DNA of 63,031 nt, counting the filler, from Phoronis australis (lineage: Eukaryota > Animalia > Phoronida), in the NCBI GenBank assembly GCA_002633005.1. It is 6 parts of 6 records of this genome, joined end to end, with 100 filler letters (N's around TTAATTAATTAA, not from the genome) between each part and the next. Parts side by side here need not be neighbours in the genome. Positions count along the whole stretch, not along the records: positions 33,795 to 61,785 come from NMRA01000500.1; positions 61,886 to 63,031 come from NMRA01000112.1; 4 more parts are not named here. One strand, 5' to 3'. The translations under genes were made by a program, and so were the position numbers. The first letter of the stretch is position 1; each line of letters starts with the position of its first letter. Shown here in pieces: positions 58,299 to 63,031 of this stretch. The notes beneath the pieces were generated by a model, which worked only from the letters and a program-made list of their open reading frames with translations, was not told the origin of the DNA and did no database searches.

Positions 58299-60497
58299 GA
58301 TATGGCTCAAACTGACACATAGTTCATAGCAATGGCAAGCTTTCTGTGGTAACGTGAACAGCAGCTAGAAATTATATAGCTGAACCAGTGAGACAACTGA
58401 AGACCCGAAATACCTATTTTAACAATACACTCAGAATCTCAGTATTTTTATGCAGATGTTAATCAAAGCATTGTCCTACGTAAACGAAGAAACTTCAAAA
58501 CCTACAGATAAAACCAGAACCCAGTAAGGTCCAAGAGATAACAATGAATTCAAGTACCACTTGTAGTTCTACTGCGGAGGCGGATCTACGGGGAGGGGGT
58601 TCATGGGTTCAACCCTCCCCCAGGGACACGATTAAAAATAAAAAAATAAAAAAAGCAGTTTCCAAGAAAACGAAATCAGATATTAAAAAACAAAAAAAAT
58701 CTTACACGGGTGGGGAGAAACACCCTCGCGACCTTCCCTCTGCTCGGTGCTACGCGCCTCAAATTCGCGCAAATCCTACCTCCCCACCGCCCCCCTTACT
58801 AAAAACGTAGATCTGCTACTGCTCAGTACCAACTAAGCTTATGTAAAATCATAAAAACAAATATTTTTCTTCATCACAACCTGTTTATTCAAGAAAGACT
58901 GACAAACATCTAATGAGAGACAATTAGAATCAAAGTTGCTTGAACTGAACACATTGTCAAACTTTAGCATCCAGCAGACCTGCTGAGAATAATTAAAAAC
59001 AACATGGATCCAGAAGAACAATAATCATTCATTCACCGATGACAGAAGTATAGTGGTGCAGAAACCAACATAACAAGGTGATTTAGAGTAGGAACCACAT
59101 ACAAACACTTGTAAACTGGTGTATACACAGATATTAGTTTTAGGACAATCAATGGATGTTCAGCAGGGCCAGCAGGCCACATGAATATGGGAATTATTTA
59201 TAAATTTTCACTTGGTTTACTAAACAAGCACATTCATTCATTGAATGAATTTTTAGCAGTTACATGTATAAGAATATTTTCAACCACACGGAGTTGACAA
59301 CGATATTATAAAACAAAATGTCCATAGTATCGCACATATAAAGGAAATGTGTTTGCCTTCGAGCAGTCAAATTCTGCGCATATTTGCTTTAAGTCTGATT
59401 TGGGTCCCGGAAAGCCAGTACATAGAAATATGCTGGGGAACAGGACAGCACCAATCACCACAGCTGGTGATTGTAAGCTCCGATGTTCCTGTTTAGGTAA
59501 CGCTCATCATTTTTTCATTCTGTTGTATTTTAACCGATATCACTCCTGCGAAGTCACACAGATGAATGAACCGAAGGTGAGCATGTTTACTACAGAAATA
59601 AACAAAACATGGTGTGAATACTGGAAGGGACTTGCTCCTATAAAACAAAACAAGTTAACAAAGACAATTACTGTCTGAAATCTGTTAGCTAAATAGTACT
59701 ATGCTACGTGCTACCNGATATGGCTCAAACTGACACACAGTTTATAGCAATGGCAAGCTTTCTGTGGTAACGTGAACAGCAGCTAGAAATTACATAGCTG
59801 AACCAGTGAGACAACTGAAGACCCGACATACCTATTTTAACAATACACTCAGAATCTCAGTATTTTTATGCAGATGTTAATCAAAGCATTGTCCTACGTA
59901 AACGAAGAAACTTCAAAACCTACAGATAAAACCAGAAGCCAGTAAGGTCCAAGAGATAACGATGAATTCAAGTACCACTTGTAGTTCTACTGCAGAGGTG
60001 GATATACGGGGAGGGGGTTCATGGGATTCAACCCTCCCCCAGGGACACGATTAAAAATAAAAAAATAACAAAACAGTTGCCAGGAAAACGAAATCAGATA
60101 TTAAAAAACAAAAAATCTTACACGGGTGGGGAGAAACACTTTCCCGACCTTCCCTCCGTTCGGTGCTACGCGCCTCAAATTTGCGCAAATCCTACCCTGC
60201 CGCCCCCCTTACTAAAAACGTAGATCTGCCACTGCTCAGTACCAACTAAGCTTATGTAAAATAATAAAAGCAAATATTTTTCTTCATCACAACCTGTTTA
60301 TTCAAGAAAAACTGACAAACATCTAATGAGAGACAACAGAATCAAAGTTGCTTGAACTGAACACATTGTCAAACTTTAACATCCAGCAGACCTGCTGAGA
60401 ATAATTAAAACAACATGGATCCAGAAGAACAATAATCATTCATTCACTGATGACAGAAGTATAGTAGTGCAGAAACGAACATAACAAGGTGATTTAG
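58299..60497. repeat. ~785-bp direct duplication (58299-59086 and 59717-60497)
   Basis: Near-identical with scattered SNPs/indels; second copy starts right after the single N at 59716. Confidence 0.92.
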
Positions 60498-62491
60498 TTT
60501 TTTTAATCTCAGATATATGCAAACATTAGTAAAGCGTTGTTTTTTTAAATTTTGATCTTTCCTTCCTGTTTAGTCCGTTTAAATTTTACGGACTAAGTGA
60601 GCTTTTTACCACAACCATTGATAGAAAGTTCTTTAAAAATACCAGAGTTCAAGTTTTGCAGACTGCCCGGGATAGCCACTTTAATTTAAGTCCATGGTAA
60701 GGGTATATACTTTAACTTGCTGTAATACTCTCATCAGGATCGAACACAAGTACGATTTTATATTTGATCTAGACTTAGTGAGAGACGGTAAATTCTTTCG
60801 GATTTTGCCTCGTTCTCCTATTATCATCGCGTGTACCTCAATTTAGGTTACTTTTTGCGATTATAGAATCAACATTTTAACGAGTACGTCTGATCCTCTT
60901 CTGTGTGTGACGAGCATTCTGCCTCAGACAGAATTTTTTTCATGTAGGCAAATTATTGTTCACTGCTTGGGGGGGCTCGGGGGGCTCAAACGAGCTCCCC
61001 AGTTTGACAAATTGGGCAAAAAGGTCCGCCTCAGCGAAACAAAAATCCGAGTAAACGAGACAAAAATCCACAAAGCCCACAGGAATTCGGCGCGGATGCA
61101 CCGTCCGTAGGCCTGAACTTATTGGCCACATTTTTTTTCTTAGTCTTCGTTGATTTTTTTCAGTAAGAGGTCCGCACACCAAAAATTAGAGCCCACCATA
61201 TTTTAAGCTGGGTGCGCGCATTTTTGGCATATTTGAAACTCTTTCTTGTCTTTAATCCATTTAATACCAAAAAGATATAAAGTATCCTGGTTGCCAAAAT
61301 CTAATGAAACAGGCACTGACATAACATAAAATGAATAACCAATTAGTGATTGAATACGTGTAAATGTTACTAATAGTTAATTGAAGAGCATTGGGTACTG
61401 GTAGTACATACATAGTAATTTCAATATTTTGGGGGTATTTTGGTGTTGTCTTGTGACTGAAGTCTCCGATCTATTTCTCCTAGTTATGTCTCCACTGTCA
61501 TGTATGAAACAGTCGCAGTGCATGTTTGAAGTGGATGCAGGTCAAATAAAATAAACAAAGACATGCAGGGTACAGACTACTGTACATGGAATTCCAGGAA
61601 CTATGATGTTGAAGCATGCAATACACAGTTACAGCCATATGGATCATGACCCTTGGTCTGTGAATGACCACTGTGTAACTGACTTGTTTACTTCAATATT
61701 GTTAAACAAGTATATGGGGGAAGTATGCCTGAACATATAACCAAAACAAATTCTGGGAGCAAGAAAACCACTAAAAAGTTGCAAANNNNNNNNNNNNNNN
61801 NNNNNNNNNNNNNNNNNNNNNNNNNNNNNTTAATTAATTAANNNNNNNNNNNNNNNNNNNNNNNNNNNNNNNNNNNNNNNNNNNNCTATGTTTCTTGGTT
61901 CCCTTTCGATATTTTGTTCTCTGGCTCGTATTTATTTTCGAGTACGATTTCAAGCACACTGCCATACCAAACTTGAAATTTGAGCATAGACTCCGAATTT
62001 TTACTCAAAATCGTACTCGAAATATAGATGAGATACACTTCAGTTCGAGTACACTCGAAAACTGAGTACGTGCTCGAAATTTCGAGTACAGATTTTTCGA
62101 GTATGACATTGAATACACCAAAGCTGAGTCTGTACTCGAGTTGAGTATGAAGTGTGAGTTTGAGCATGATTCGAGTCTGAGTACGGAGATTGGAGACCGG
62201 GCCCAGGTTGTTATGAGTGACTTGTGAGGTGACGTCACTGACTGGTGACGTTATCACACCCTACATGGTGTAGGCTAGAGTTACAGTCGGTTGTCTATGA
62301 TCTATATCATAGAACATGTCTTTGTCTGTATGTATGTACCACTCAGCTGTTACAGCATTTTAATTTACTTTGTTTATATCGATTTCAACGAAATTCTTAT
62401 GCACTATTAAACCTGAGTTATTTGTCAAAAACTTTTTTTCAGGATATTGCCTAAATTACGAAATTGGTTTCGAACGTTTCCTAAGTCATGT

Positions 62492-62739
62492 CCATGCATG
62501 CACTCAGTCTAAAATTAAGGGGGATCGACTTTCTGAGAATCTGGACCCTTTACTAAAAAAAGAGAAACGGGGTTTGTCCAGAGCTATGAATTGTGCATTC
62601 GCCGAATTCCTGCCTTTTTAGAGAATTTTGTGGCGTTTTCTCGGACTTTTTGTTTCTCTGAGGCGGACCTTTTTGCCCACTTTGCCAAATGGGGGTCTCG
62701 TTCGGGACCCTCGACCCCCTCTCCCCTGAGTGCACGCAT
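62492..62739. mobile_element. MITE with catgc..gcac.cag / ctg.gtgc.cgcat termini; relatives at ~55747-55850 and reversed ~60960-61221
   Basis: Inverted termini; shared tttactaaaaaaa and cagagctatgaattg words. Confidence 0.6.
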
Positions 62740-63031
62740 AGAAGTCCAAATGTGAATGATTTCAGAGCTTGAAAAGAGGCGACAGTTTGTTATTTCGTCA
62801 GACACACAAAACTTGTCTTGTGACTTGATATTCAATGATCATGGTCTGGAAAGTAACTGTGTGTTCTTCCCAAGCCCAAAGTGAATGAGGCGCAAGACAA
62901 AAACAAGTTCATAACGATAAGACGGCTAAATCAAACTCATTTTTGTCAGAAAGCACTGGTGTCAGTGGCGGATCTACATTTTCAGTAAGGGGGGGCTTAG
63001 GATTCCCGCAAAGGTTGAATCCGAGGCGCGT

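Overview
AT-rich, intron-rich animal (invertebrate-like bilaterian; species not determinable) genomic DNA from a fragmented draft assembly. Five artificial 100-bp joins (44N-TTAATTAATTAA-44N), two sized gaps and eight single-N joins split it, so neighbouring blocks may not be truly adjacent. Coding content: two exons of a KIAA0513-like gene; one orphan MAP2K7/MKK7 exon; a nearly complete RBBP5 (12 exons seen, first exon and one WD40 exon missing); a two-coding-exon LRR-transmembrane gene on the minus strand with an in-frame TGA; the 3' part of a GCC2/GCC3 + EGF + TM receptor-like gene; and an hnRNP K-like KH-domain sequence without conventional introns. Mobile DNA: a Penelope-like RT fragment with an inversion, a TTAA-flanked THAP-bearing Kolobok-like element, two Helentron/HINE-like families, several MITEs, a tRNA-derived SINE and many minisatellites. 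The most striking observation is a 69-bp perfect hairpin with a 9-bp target-site duplication inside the KH-domain GKGG loop. Its ends form a GT...AG 78-nt unit whose removal exactly restores the reading frame, i.e. a candidate introner-like element. All homology calls are from recalled motifs, not database searches.
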